Shown here piece after piece: positions 1-14,218 of a stretch of 64,000 nucleotides of DNA. Source of the DNA: Flaccisagitta enflata (lineage: Eukaryota). Numbering within the stretch: position 1 is the first letter of the stretch; every line of letters starts with the position of its first letter. Under the pieces are notes generated by a model that was not told the origin of the DNA, ran no database searches, and saw only the letters and a list, made by a program, of their open reading frames with translations. Location of the stretch: NCBI GenBank assembly GCA_965153355.1, contig OZ231126.1:28706001-28770000 (forward strand). The letters run 5' to 3'. A program made the translations under genes and the position numbers.

Positions 1-260
1 TTCAGTGCAATCAATACATACAATTGCTTTTGATTTAATCGAACAAATAAAAAAAATTTCAGTGACTTAAGACAAAAGCATGGTGAAAAGTGACCAATGC
101 TTACTACTTTTTTCCTCACGGCGACAGCCGCCACTACTGGTATATTATCAGGTTTCTTATAGTTTATATAGTAATTCAATTTAAGAACGCTCTAAGAATG
201 TTGAAGGCTTCATTTAGCTTCGAAAATAAGAACATGAAGCCTTCAAAAAAAAAAAGTGTA

Positions 261-467
<207 letters not shown>

Positions 468-2373
468 ATTCATCAACATGGTAGGTAGCTGTAGCTGTAG
501 CTGTATCCGGCCTTGTTTTTCTTAGAATTATAATAATCATTAAGAATCGCATGCACGCGACTAAGACTGAAGAATATATATCGTTTGAGGACATGCCGTA
601 GGCTGAAGGCAACACGACTTCAGACTTCAATGGATGCTTCCAACGAACATCCAAAGAATGCCAATTTTAAAAAAGATTTAGGGGTTTCGATCATACAAAT
701 CTATGACCGTTTTGTTTTATGGATTTGATGGTATTTGACGATAATCCATCTGTTTGCAAGCGCCCTATAGTTGATGCGGAAATCCACTGACTAAGATGAT
801 GATCATTGCTGCTTAAACGGTGTTCTTGTTCGATGAACTTGTTCTTGTTTGTTAAACTGTCATGTCACGCGACAGATGTCAGCATAAAGCTGATTAAAAA
901 CGAAGACCTCTCAAATGGAAAAAAAACGTTTAGTGAAGACGAGAAGATTTTTAATGAACCTGTGTGTCTCTCTCCTCCCTAACGTGCCCACTTTGATATG
1001 TTTCACATTTCTTCGCGACTGTTTACTTGTCATGGGTGTTTAAATAGATGTTGTTGAAATTCAAAATTCAATTCTTGTTCGATAATACGGTAGGATGCGT
1101 GGTGCACTAAATCAAAGTCAGTCCGTTGGTCTCTCCGTCGGTTGGTGGGTCGGTCGGTCGGTTGGTCACACTTAGCTTTTTAAACGTCCACGAGCATTTT
1201 TTGCATCAGCGCCCCTGCAATTCGATGGGGGCATCAAACATTCCTCTGACAGATATCTTTAACTTATTGAAGCACTCTAATGACGGCAAGTGGGTGATGA
1301 CAACGATCTTCCAAACTTTTTGCTTGATGAATAAGTAAAATTGTTTAGATCTTTTTTCTTGTAGAATTATCTGTAACTCAGCGATGATAAACATATGAAT
1401 CCCATGCAGACCCACGCCTCCCGGGGAACAAAGCCTAGGTAGAAACATCAACAAGTCGCGTGCAAGACATAAATAATTGAATTGATCAGCAAACCAGAGG
1501 GATTGTATTGGGTAATGGGTATTGGTATTTGGTTTACAATAGTTTTTTGTAATGGTAGGCATCCAATAAAGCGAGAATTCCGGGATCTAGGGCACATGGG
1601 GGGGTCTTAACTTTCAGTTTAGACGTCAATTTTACCTTTTCATATCGAAAATCGCCAAGCGCCTGAGCCTTTTTTAAATTAGTTATTATCTATAAGGTTA
1701 ATGTCATATTTTCATTTTTAGGAGATGGCGAAAAGGACCAATTTCAAAATTGAGAAAATTTGACAAAAACATTCATAATCAGATAGCTTACGGCAATATG
1801 AACATAGTTCAAAAATTGAATTTTGTTATCAATCCTCGATTTTTATGTAAATTAGGCTGAAATACGACAAATAATGATCGAAAATAAGCAAAAATTGAGT
1901 TGTTGTAGTCAGCAAAACCAAAAAAATGTGAATATTTTACTAAATCACAGTTAGAGAACTCAGACCCGATTCTGCTGAAAAAAATTGAGATTTCAATTTT
2001 TTTTGAAAATTCTCTATAAGCAGCATTTTTGGCTGGTTGGTCCAGTTAGCAAAAATTAACTGAATATTCTTGCAACGATCAATTTAAGTGGACATTCTCT
2101 GAAAGAACCACTGTGCAAAATTTCAGCCAAATCGGACAAGTATTTTAGAAGTTATGCCATTTTTAAATTTTTTGGTGGTAGGCTGGTTGGGCTGGTTGGG
2201 TTGGTTGGATATGTCCGAGATGCACCAAAAGCTCTATTCGTAATCGTTTCGGTACAGTGTTGATATATGCAAAAAATCTTAAGTCTCTCTCAAAGGGTTT
2301 CCAAGATATGGGCATTATATGATTTTTTGGAAAAGCATTTTGCTGGGAGTTCATACATGCGCCGATAACAAAG

Positions 2374-2648
2374 AAATAACTACGAAGATTCATCATGAAG
2401 CGTGATTATTCTGCAACAATTTACCGACCAATCACATTAAAAATTTCATTATGGCTGAATGCCAGGGAGTTAGGACCTGAAATTTTCAGTGTAGATGCAA
2501 AATTTCATGCTCTTTTTCATCGTGTCATCGGAATTTTCATCATCAGTTTCACAATGGCGTGACAGTGACAGATTTAAAGCGTGACATGAGTGTGACAGAA
2601 GAGCTGGGAGGGTGTGCGGAATAATCACGCTTGAAGAAAAGTGTTATT
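2374..2648. mobile_element. Inverted-repeat-bounded ~270-bp segment (possible old MITE)
   Basis: AAGCGTGATTATTC (2398-2411) is the reverse complement of GAATAATCACGCTT (2619-2632), with imperfect extension outward; no TSD resolved. Confidence 0.4.
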
Positions 2649-4459
2649 ACGCGGGATTGGGGTGTCACACTGGCATGAAATTTGGAGCAAATGTGCCTCA
2701 AGTAGTCTTCTAATAGATAGAAACCTCAAAAGTGATTAACTTTGAAAATTAGTAGTGTTTTAAAAAAAGATAATCGGCATGCTCAGATTTTGCCATAATA
2801 TGGTGAAAAAATTAGGAGCATCAAAATTTGATGACAATACGATATTTGAACAACTTAGCATTTGCGCAGAAGGATGAAATTTTTTGTACATCACATTGGA
2901 TTGTTGTTAGCTGATTAGAAGCTGAGAAATGATCAGATAGTCTATTTCTTGATAGGTTTTGCTTGTTATTTGCTTATCCGGACAAAATCCGGACATGCCA
3001 ATGTGGCTATTTTGACCTTATTTTTAGGCCCCCTAGGGGTAGGGGTGGTCACAAAAAATGGTTTGGCAAGGTAATCCAGGTAGTTAGGTAGGTCAACAAG
3101 CTATAAAAACTTGTCACAATGCAATAGACATTGCGGTAACACTGTTAACGTGGTGGTAAGTCCGGTTCTCGCGTCGAAAAGCGATTGTGACATTTACCAT
3201 AAAGAAATTATGGGCAAAACTGTTCTTTTGTCTTGCTCTTATCGGAAATTCGAGCAGCAGCAGCAGCAGGACCAGGAGCAGATGATTTGAAACAAGCTGC
3301 GGTTTCTTGATTTTTAAGGAATTTATGATAATAGTACACATTGAAAACTCAAAAGCGATTGGCATTTTGCATGGAACCGAGTATTGTCCTCTTACACACA
3401 GCAAGTTAAGACAGCCCCTTATCCACTTATCTGCCTCTTTCACTGGCGCTATGCGTTTTTAAATGAAAATTTCATGCCTAGAAATGGGCTTTTCCAATAC
3501 AGTAAAATCCCGCTCCATCAGATTTCAAGGGACTTTCACATCTTATCTGTTATTGGCAGAATTCCATTTTTGCCAATATAGGAAGTTAAAAAGAAATTAG
3601 TTAAAGGGACTGTGAATTAGCATCCATTATTAGTGGAATTTTGTTGGTGGTGGGTCTGTTTGGACAGCTTTAAAGTGTCATAACTTGCTTAATCTTAATC
3701 GCAGTGAGATGATTTTTTTTTTTCAAAATTCGCATCTTCAAAAGATCTATCAAATGAGACCAAGCTGGTTCCTGTATCTTTATCCATTTAGAAATGAGAG
3801 CTAAATGAAGAAAATATTTACTTTTTGCAAGTATTGTAGGCAAATTTTTGTTTGCTTATGGAAGATGGTGCACTGGCGCATTGCGCCAAATGTACAGAAA
3901 AATCGATGATTATGCTCGTCTAGGAATCAGCCCGGATCAATCTGGATCTCAATCCAATTCAGAAATCAAAGATTCAAACGGAAAACCTGCAGAAACTCTG
4001 GAAAACACCATTCAAAGCAGTGCAAAAATGAATTACATTAAAGGTTTGAAACAACATCACTCCAGAGTACCCCCTGTCTCTCTACAAGTCCACGCCAAAG
4101 CATACATAGGTGGTGGTGGATGCCCAACATAGTCATACTTAATATTAGATGCATTTTGATATGTTTGCTGCTCTCACCTAGTCAACAAATTAACTTATAC
4201 ACTTACTGTCCGGATCTTCATGGCCAAGATAGTAGATAAGAAATCTGCTATGAAGATTATTTTCTAACTCATGAAGGCATTGATTTATCGCCCTCTGTTC
4301 AGCCCAATATACCCTAAGGAAGTAAGCACCTCGTCCTTCGAAGCCCAAAGATCATCATTAATCATAGATTAGCATCACAATAATGATATTTAACTCAGGT
4401 TATCCCTAAATAATGACAATGGGCAGCCCTTCGATCCGTTCATCCATGTCCATCTATGA

Positions 4460-4621
<162 letters not shown>

Positions 4622-4878
4622 TGAAAGGGGCAGAGACAGAGACAGAATTTTGTACTTTTATCATTAAGTATTAGCATAAGATATTGAAATGGTTTTCAGA
4701 GGCTTTCGAGGCCATGATTTTCGGATTCCTCGACAAAAATACTGCGGACTAGCTGAAAATGGCATATTTTTAGCAATTTCGAAGCATCTTTTGACCTTTC
4801 AGAACACAAGACCCTTCAGTAAATATTTTGCCGCCCCATCTTTTCCGTGAATAGAAATAGAATAGCTCATCAAAACTT

Positions 4879-4964
<86 letters not shown>

Positions 4965-5070
4965 CAGAGACACAGAGACAAAGACACAGAGACAAAGACA
5001 AAGGCAGATAGATGCTTGTAGATTTATACAAATATTGCTGAACCTTATTGCTATCATCACTTTTTACCCA

Positions 5071-5432
5071 AACAAGGCCAACACCTATAAGTTGCGTGCG
5101 AGATTTACAGGGTAAAAATGACTTAGAATGACTTAGAATGACTTAGAATGACTTAAAATGACTTAAAATGTCCAAAAAGGACTTAAAATGACTAAAAAAC
5201 CTAATGACCAAAAATGACCTGAAATAACTTAAAATGACTCGGAATAACTTAAAATGACTTAGAATGACTCAAAATGACTTAGAATAACTTTTAATGACTA
5301 AAAAAGACCTAAAATTACCTAAGAGTTGACGTTATATTACAAAAAAAGTAAAGTGTGACGGACCGACGGACGGACCAACGGACCGACGGACGGACAAAGC
5401 GGGGTGTAGAGTCGCGTGCACGCGACTAAAAA
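5071..5432 (-). mobile_element. DINE-1/HINE-like element with central 10-bp tandem repeat (AAATGACTTA)n
   Basis: AACAAGG end, GACC/GGAC microsatellite, terminal palindrome AGTCGCGTGCACGCGACT followed by an A-run; related copy at 40217-40532. Confidence 0.8.
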
Positions 5433-5659
5433 TAAATATCAAATACCTCAGAGCAAAAAGAATCATAAAATACAATGCAACATTTTAGAGTATTATGGAA
5501 ACAATTGAATATATATTTAAAGGACAAAACTCATAATCTGGTTATTTAAGGAATAATTAAAAGCAAGGGACTAGAAAATTATTGAATTCATAATCCAAAG
5601 CAATATCAACCTTTTTCTTTGTCTGTCTCTGTCTCTGTCTCTGTCTGTCTCTCTGTCTG

Positions 5660-5765
<106 letters not shown>

Positions 5766-6654
5766 ATCATTTTCTAATAAACAGGGTTTTTTTTTTGCAT
5801 TTACTTAATTTGCATATGATAGGATATCTTTGGATGCTAGCTGACGCTAGCTGACAAAACTGTTCATATTGAGCTTTGGCATACACGTAGATGTATACCA
5901 GGGTTAGCTTAATCTCATTGACCGGCTTTGAGCGAGCACAGGAAGTTGGTCAAATCAAGGTTTTAATACTTAAAGTATTGAATAAAATATCAAGAAAATA
6001 AGATACATATCTCAAATTTGGCTTGAATCATCGTCACCTCATTCTGTTCAAGATTCTAGAAGAAAAATTGATATCTTTTTTTATACTTAGTGTATTGTAT
6101 TGCTACGAGTGATCTTTTTTGATGATTTTTTTTCACTTTTTTTATATTTTGACGTTTAAATATGTAATAGAATTTTTTTACGTACAGCAAATGTATTGTC
6201 AAGTCTACAGTCATATCAAAGGTGAGAGTCTCAAGATTCTAGTCATGTTTTTTATTTCTTAATATTTCAATTTTAACATAATCAAATATAATAAAATATA
6301 CAACTATTGATCCAATGACAGCAAACATAGTTCCAGCGGACCCTCTGCTCTTCTAGAAAAACTTATTATCATTATGCAGTTATGCATTATGATATCGAAT
6401 AGTTGTGTAATTGTCTAAATATCTACATAGATGTAATTATGTAATTGTGTATGTAATTGTAAAACGGAGCGTGCGACTCATTAGGATTGTTTTACATCAG
6501 AAAGAGTATGTCCCCGCTGACTGCATTTTTTATTCAAACCTTGATACTCGTACGACTCCATGAAAACGCCTGATTCAATTTTATGACGCATCCATCGATC
6601 GAAAGGAACTTCGAGACTATGGCGTGCTGCCCTCAAAACTTCCATTTCTACCTC

Positions 6655-6760
<106 letters not shown>

Positions 6761-6839
6761 GTTTTTAAGAGTCATCAACATCATCAACCTTGCCACTCTT
6801 TAGATGAAAATAAATTTCGTAATTCTTTTATCTTTTAAG

Positions 6840-6923
<84 letters not shown>

Positions 6924-7420
6924 TGCGCGCCAGAAACCCCAAAAAAAAAACACTTAGCACGCAGAAACATGAAATCGGAACTGCTTCCGACAAAAAAAGT
7001 TTATTTTGTAAGTTTTCAAGAAAAAAAATGAAACTTTAGATCACCTTCTTAGTTTTTTGTGAGCACATGTTTTTCCCTAACTTAGTTAAAGATTTAGGGA
7101 GGAACTTTGGTTTTGAATCATGCTCCAAAGGGAGAAATTTTTTATCTTTGCGTTTATTTTTTTTTTCCTTTGTTTCTGTTTAGTCGCGTACTACGCTATT
7201 CGATAAGCCTCTTTTTTGTCCGTCCGTCCATCTGTTTGTCCGTCCGTCCGTCTATCCGTTAGTTTGTCCGTCCTTTCATCCGTTCTTCCATCCATTGCTT
7301 GGTTCGTAACATTTGTTGTTTTTGCACCTCCAACATCACTGCCCCTGCCCACCCGCACGCGATGAAGGTTGTTGTGTAATGTGTATTTATCATTGCTTTC
7401 TTTTCACTCTTCTTTATTTT

Positions 7421-7735
7421 TAGATGCGTCCTCTCTAAGAGGGGCTGTCCGTCCGTTGGTCCGTCTGTCCGTCATTAGGTCCTTCTGTCAGTCCATCGGT
7501 CCGTCCGTCTGTTACGCCTGTGCAAAAACCGCGCTTTCCGAATGTTTTTGGCCACAGTGACATCCTATACTGTATCAAATGATTGACAAACGTGTTTTGA
7601 GAGCCTCCTTTGCTACTCGGTTGTTTCATCTGTCTGTTCATCCATCTGTTCCTCCATATATGTCACATGTTAATCTTCCAAGTCAATACACGCGGAGAAA
7701 CAGTCCGGACACATCGTTGCCCGGTCGGGCTTGTT
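7421..7735 (+). mobile_element. HINE-like element, AGATGCGTCC subfamily
   Basis: T-run, AGATGCGTCC, GTCC microsatellite, GCCCGGTCGGGC hairpin then TTGTT; very similar copy at 21621-21927. Confidence 0.8.
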
Positions 7736-7737
7736 TT

Positions 7738-8002
7738 TAGTCGCGTGCTACGCGACTCTACACCACACCTTGTCGGTCCGTCGGTCGGTCCGTCAATCCG
7801 TCCGTCGGTCCGTCCGTCGGTCCGTCCGTCGGTGTCGGTCCCTCCGTCCGTCCGTCCGTCCGTCCGTCCGTCATATTTTACTTTTTTTACCTTAATGTTT
7901 TTTTTTTTTGCCATACTGCTCCTGCCCAAATGCTCCACTGACCTCAATTATGGCCCATGCCCACCCGCACGCGACTGGGGTAGCCGTGTATCCGGCCTTG
8001 TT
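7738..8002 (+). mobile_element. HINE-like element, AGTCGCGTG subfamily, abutting the preceding element
   Basis: AGTCGCGTGCTACGCGACT...(GTCC)n...CACGCGACT...GCCGTGTATCCGGC CTTGTT. Confidence 0.85.
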
Positions 8003-8347
8003 TCTGCTGAAGCCGTTATAGTTGTTTAGGTGTGAGTGTAAGTATTTTTTTGTAATACTGCCCGTGTCCAACCGTCCTCGACTGCTACCCGTTGTAGGGC
8101 TTGTTTCCTTTTTATGCCGTTCTATGTTTGCCGTGTACCCGCTGTATTCGGCCTTGCTTTTTCTTTACTCTTCATTTGTAACGGACTCAAGGAGCTGCAT
8201 CCGTAGTTATATCTGGTTGATCCCTCGACCTGGAGTTTCCTCATGCCCTGGGTAATCTGTAGTATGAAACAGTGAGATCAAAGCCCCGGGGCTGCCTGAA
8301 TTTGAACCGGGTTGCTCCGGATTGAAGTTATGGTTCAGTTTCCCATC

Positions 8348-8415
<68 letters not shown>

Positions 8416-8470
8416 CCAACAACAACAACAACAACAACAACAACAGAAACCAACCACCACCATCGCCCCC

Positions 8471-9055
8471 CACTACTGTCTCACATAAGGTTTGAGACAA
8501 GAATGATATTACAAGTATACAAACCTAGGACTATCAAGTAGAAAATCTTTCCCAGGGCGCTTTTTGAAAAAAATGAAAAATTCAACATTTTTAGCTTCAT
8601 TTTGCATAGACTATTTTTCAAGTTGGTTTGACCTATCTATTGACAGCATAATGATAATCCTAATGAAATTCCCTTTCATTTGATAGGTCGCACTATATAG
8701 TTTTCCCAAAAAATAGAATTTTCATTTTTAAAACCACCGTTACAAAATTACAACGGTGGCCTAAAAAATAAATTTTTCATTTCTCATGAAAACCATACAG
8801 TGCGACCTATCAAATGAATTGAAATTTTATCAGAATTAACATTATGCTGTCAAAAAATAGGTCAAATCAACCTAAAATTTTTTTTTGCAAAAAAATGCTA
8901 AAAATCTTGAATTTTTCATTTTTTTTTCAAAAAGCGCCTCAGGAAAGATTTTCTACTTGACGGTTCTTGGTTTCTATACTCATGAACTCTACAAAAATGA
9001 AAAAAACCGCATAGTAATGTCATTCTTGTCTCAAACCTTATGTGAGACAGTAGTG
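8471..9055. mobile_element. Palindromic non-autonomous DNA transposon, CAC...GTG termini, 4-bp TSD CCCC (Chapaev-like)
   Basis: CACTACTGTCTCACATAAGGTTTGAGACAAGAATGA and its reverse complement at the far end; arms pair to the centre near 8746; inserted within (CAA)/(CAC)n. Confidence 0.8.
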
Positions 9056-9059
9056 CCCC

Positions 9060-9315
<256 letters not shown>

Positions 9316-9689
9316 GTTATGCGACGAGCTTCCGGCCTGCGTCAATGCCCTGAATCATCTCATGACGAATTCTCTTTCTCTTTGATGATACCTTTTCTTT
9401 AAGTTAAAACCATTTTATATGTTTAAAACTTAAGTGCTATCCCCAAATATCGCATAAATGTAAATAAATAGAGAGGAAAAAAAATGAGTTGTCTGATGGA
9501 TATTGCAAATTGAATTCACACGCGAGATCGCGATTTGGGAGGGGAGATGGATGGACAAGCAAAGGCAGATAGAAAACAAACATTTCTTTCTTATACATGC
9601 TCAATCCTCCCCCTTCCGCATAGCATACTCTCTTTCTCTTTCTCTTTCTCTAACTTTCTCTTACTTTCTCTTTCTGTTTCTCTTTCTCT

Positions 9690-9745
<56 letters not shown>

Positions 9746-9797
9746 CTCTCTTTCTCTCTCTTTTTCGTTTTCTCTTTCTCTTTTTCTCTCTCTCTCT

Positions 9798-9884
<87 letters not shown>

Positions 9885-9907
9885 CTCTCTTTCTCTCTCT
9901 TTTCTCT

Positions 9908-9998
<91 letters not shown>

Positions 9999-10266
9999 AT
10001 TTTCCCTTTGCCTTTGATTTTGTTTGATCCATTTTTCCATCCATCCTAAGTTTGAACATATGATCTTGAGTTTTTGCTCTTCCTTTCATTAATTGAAATC
10101 TCCCTTATGTTGTTGTTCTCTATGAACACATTCGTTTCCCGGTTTTCTTACATTTAAGAGTGCCTCCGACCGATTTTTCTAATAACCAACAATCCTCTTT
10201 TCTTTGTCTTTTTTTTCTCTCTCTCTAGCCTTCTCTGTTTCACTTTCTTTCTGGCACTCTTTCTCT

Positions 10267-10310
<44 letters not shown>

Positions 10311-10441
10311 TCCTTTTTTCTTTCTTTCTTTCTTTCATACTTTCATTCTTTTTTTCTTTCTTTCTTTCTTTCTTTTTTTCTTCTTCTTCTTCTTCTTCTT
10401 CTTCTTCTTCTTCTTCTTCTTCTTCTTCTTCTTCTTCTTCT

Positions 10442-10633
<192 letters not shown>

Positions 10634-10706
10634 ATTTAAAGTATATACAACCGACATCAATCAACAATAATCAGGCTAGGGTTCTTTTAAAACGATTCCC
10701 TCTAAC

Positions 10707-10906
10707 AACAAGGCCGGATACACGGCTACCTTAGTCGCGTGCGGGTGGGCAGGGGCAATATTTGAGTTACTTAAGTACTTAGGCAAGTGCAGTGAGGCTA
10801 AAGACCGCAAAAACATAAAAAAAGTAAAATGGGGACCGACCGACCAACCAACCGACCGACCGACCGACGGACAAAGCGGGGTGTAGAGTCGCGAAGCACG
10901 CGACTA
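10707..10906 (-). mobile_element. HINE-like element, AGTCGCGTG subfamily
   Basis: AACAAGGCCGGATACACGGC...AGTCGCGTGCGGGTGGGCAGG...(GACC)n...AGTCGCGAAGCACGCGACT. Confidence 0.85.
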
Positions 10907-11299
10907 CAAACATCAAAAAAGATATTTCAATGACATTAGTTATGACTGCGGTGATCGATCGTTATCTAATCAGCCTTTTTTGTTTTTAATTCTCCCATTT
11001 TCTTTTCTTATGTTTTAATCGATTAATTCTTCCCAATCATTTATACGCGAATTTACTCTGGAATGAAATCATCCGTATCAATTTGTTTTCATAACTCCAT
11101 CTCTCCAATAATGACTGTAAAAGAACCGAGCCTGAAAAATCAAAAGGTCGCGTCTCACCCAGAGAAAACACAAATTCAACCAGTGGCTGTCGCCAAACAT
11201 GTGAATTGCAGGTGCAATTGACAACATGTTTAGTGGAAATACTTAAATTCTATTTTGTAATACTAAAACAAGAAGTGAGAACATAGGATTAGGAAATAA

Positions 11300-13680
11300 T
11301 AGAGAAATAAAAACCATATTCATGTTGAGAAAGTAAAGGGAAGAACTGAAGAACATTACCCATATTCATTAAGGGAGAGAGAAGGAAAAAACAGAGAAAC
11401 AAAAGCCATACTCATAAAGTGAAAAACAAGGGAAGAACTGAAAAACATTACCCATATTTATATAGGAAGAGACAAGGGAAGGACAGAGAAACAAAAGCCA
11501 TATTGATAAAGGGAAAGACAAAAAGGAGCTGAAAAATACACACATATTCATATAAGGAAAAACAATGGATGAACAGAGAAACAAAAGCCATACTGAAACA
11601 GGAAAGACAAGCGAAGAGTTGAAAAACATTACTCATATTCACATAGGGAAAGACAAGGGTAGAACAGAGAAACAAAAGCCATATTGATGTAGGGGAAGAC
11701 AAGGGAAGAACTGAAAAACATTACCCATATTCATACAGGGAAAGACAAGGGAAGGACAAAGAAACAAAAGCCATATTGATGAAGGGGAAGACAAGGGAAG
11801 AACTGAAAAACATTACCTATATTCATATAGGGAAAGACAAGGGAAGAACAGAGAAACAAAAGCCATATTGATGTAGGGGAAGACAAGGGAAGAACTGAAA
11901 AACATTACCCATATTCATACAGGGAAAAACAAGGGAAGATCAGAGAAACAAAAGCCATATTGATATAGGGGAAGACAAGGGAAGAACTGAAAAACATTAC
12001 CATATTCATATAGGAAAGACAAGGGAAGAACAAACAAAAACCATATTGATGTAGGGAAGACAGGGAAGAACTGAAAAATATTACCATATTCATACGGGGA
12101 AAGACAAGGGAAGGACAAAGAAACAAAGCCATATTGATGTAGGGGAAGACAAGGGAAGAACTGAAAAACATTACCCATATTCATATAGGGAAAGATAAGG
12201 GACAAAGAAACAAAAGCCATATTGATGTAGGGGAAGACAAGAGAAGAACTGAAAAACATTACCCATATTCATATAGGGAAAGACAAGGGAAGATCAGAGA
12301 AGAAAAGCCATATTGATATAGGGAAAGACAAGGGGAGAACTGAAAAACAATACCCATATTCATATATGGAAAGACAAGGGAAGGACAAAGAAACAAAAGC
12401 CATATTGATGTAGGGGAAGACAAGGGAAGAACTGAAAAACATTACCCATATTCATATAGGGAAAGACAAGGGAAGAACAGAGAAACAAAAGCCATATTGA
12501 TGTAGGGGAAGACAAGGGAAGAATTGAAAAATATTACCCATATTCATACAGGGAAAGACAAGGGAAGGACAAAGAAACATATAGGGAAAGACAAGGGAAG
12601 AACAGAGAAACAAAAACCATATTGATGTAGGGGAAGACAAGGGAAGAACTGAAAAACATTACCCATATTCATATAGGGAAAGACAAGGGAAGATCAGAGA
12701 AACAAAAGCCATATTGATATAGGGAAAGACAAGGGGAGAACTGAAAAACAATACCCATATTCATATAGGGAGAGACAAGGGAAGAACTGAAAAACATTAC
12801 CCATATTCATACAGGGAAAGACAAGGGAAGGATAGAGAAACAAAAGCCATATTGATAAAGGGGAAGATAAGGGAAGATTTGAAAAACATTACCCATATTC
12901 ATATAGGGAAAGACAAAGGATGAACTGAGAAACATTACCCATATTCTTATAGGGAAAGACAAGGGAAGGACAAAGAAACAAAAGCCATATTGATATAGGG
13001 GAAGACAAGGGAAGAACTGAAAAACATTACCCATATTCATATAGGGAAAGACAAGGGAAGAACAGAGAAACAAAAGCCATATTGATGTAGGGGAAGACAA
13101 GGGAAGAATTGAAAAATATTACCCATATTCATACAGGGAACGACAAGGGAAGGACAAAGAAACAAAAGCCATATTGATGTAGGGGAAGACAAGGGAAGAA
13201 CTGAAAAACATTACCCAAATTCAGATAGGGAAAGACAAGGGAAGAACAGTGAAACAAAAGCCATATTGATGTAAGGGAAAACAAGGGAAGAACTGAAAAA
13301 CATTACCCATATTCAATATAGGGAAAGACGAGAAGATCAGAGAAACAAAAGCCGTATTGATGTGGGAAAGACAAGGGAGAACTGAAAAACAATACCCGTA
13401 TTCATATATAAGGAGAGACAAGGGAAGAACTGAAAAACATTACCTATATAAATACAGGGAAAGACAAGGGAAGGATAGAGAAACAAAAGCCATATTGATA
13501 AAGGGGAAGATAAGGGAAGATTTGAAAAACATTACCCATATTCATATAGGGAAAGACAAAGGATGAACTGAGAAACATTACCCATATTCTTATAGGGAAA
13601 GACAAGGGAAGGACAGAGAAACAAAAGCCATGTTCTTATAGGAATAGACAAGGGAAGGACAAGGGAAGGACAAGGGAAAG
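11300..13680. repeat. Minisatellite, 46-bp monomers in 92-bp A/B dimers (about 50 monomers)
   Basis: A=CATATTGATGTAGGGGAAGACAAGGGAAGAACTGAAAAACATTACC, B=CATATTCATATAGGGAAAGACAAGGGAAGAACAGAGAAACAAAAGC; AACAAAAGCC recurs at 11671, 11763, 11855. Confidence 0.95.
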
Positions 13681-13962
13681 ACAGCGAAAAACAAAACCCT
13701 TCTTTCAAAGAGTGGAGAGTGGAAGGAAAAAAAAGGAAAAAAAAAAAACAAAAAAAACAGAAAAACATTTTGTGGAGTTATAGTGAATTGCTTAACGCAA
13801 TTCACAAAAAGGATGTATGATAACTTGATAAGTGATACGCCTCAACGATCTAGAAGATTCGACTTGTTATCATTTGTAGATCTGTTTATTTTTTACATGT
13901 GAAGTGGCTGATTAAAGGTCACCAGCGTCACCAGCCAGACATAAAAACGTATTTCCTTCTTT

Positions 13963-14068
13963 TTAGTTGCGGACACGCAACTCTATATGGGCCTTTGTCC
14001 GTCCGTTGGTCAGTGCCTCAGTGGGGATCGAGTTGAAGAGTGAAAAAATGAGCGGAAAAATGTAAGGT

Positions 14069-14115
<47 letters not shown>

Positions 14116-14218
14116 TGAATTTTTGTATGGGGGGGGGTTAGAGGTTGTGGTGTTGATGGGGGTTGGACGCCCCCACCCACTCGTCCGAAACAATATTGTG
14201 ACTCCGCGCCACTTGTTT
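13963..14218 (+). mobile_element. HINE-like element, AGTTGCGGACACGCAACT subfamily
   Basis: 5' palindrome, GTCC repeats, degenerate GTGAC...CAC hairpin then TTGTT; relatives at 28901-29129, 48434-48893 (interrupted), 51104-51299(-), 59119-59326(-). Confidence 0.78.

Noticed and set aside
1220..3600. AT-rich, transposon-like segment including a TA-CAGTAAAATCCCGCT pogo-like end near 3498
   Set aside because: Could not pair termini or find a TSD, so boundaries and class are unsupported.
11300..13680. CRISPR-like repeat-spacer array
   Set aside because: No unique spacers (contiguous A/B monomers), no cas genes, and a spliced eukaryotic context.
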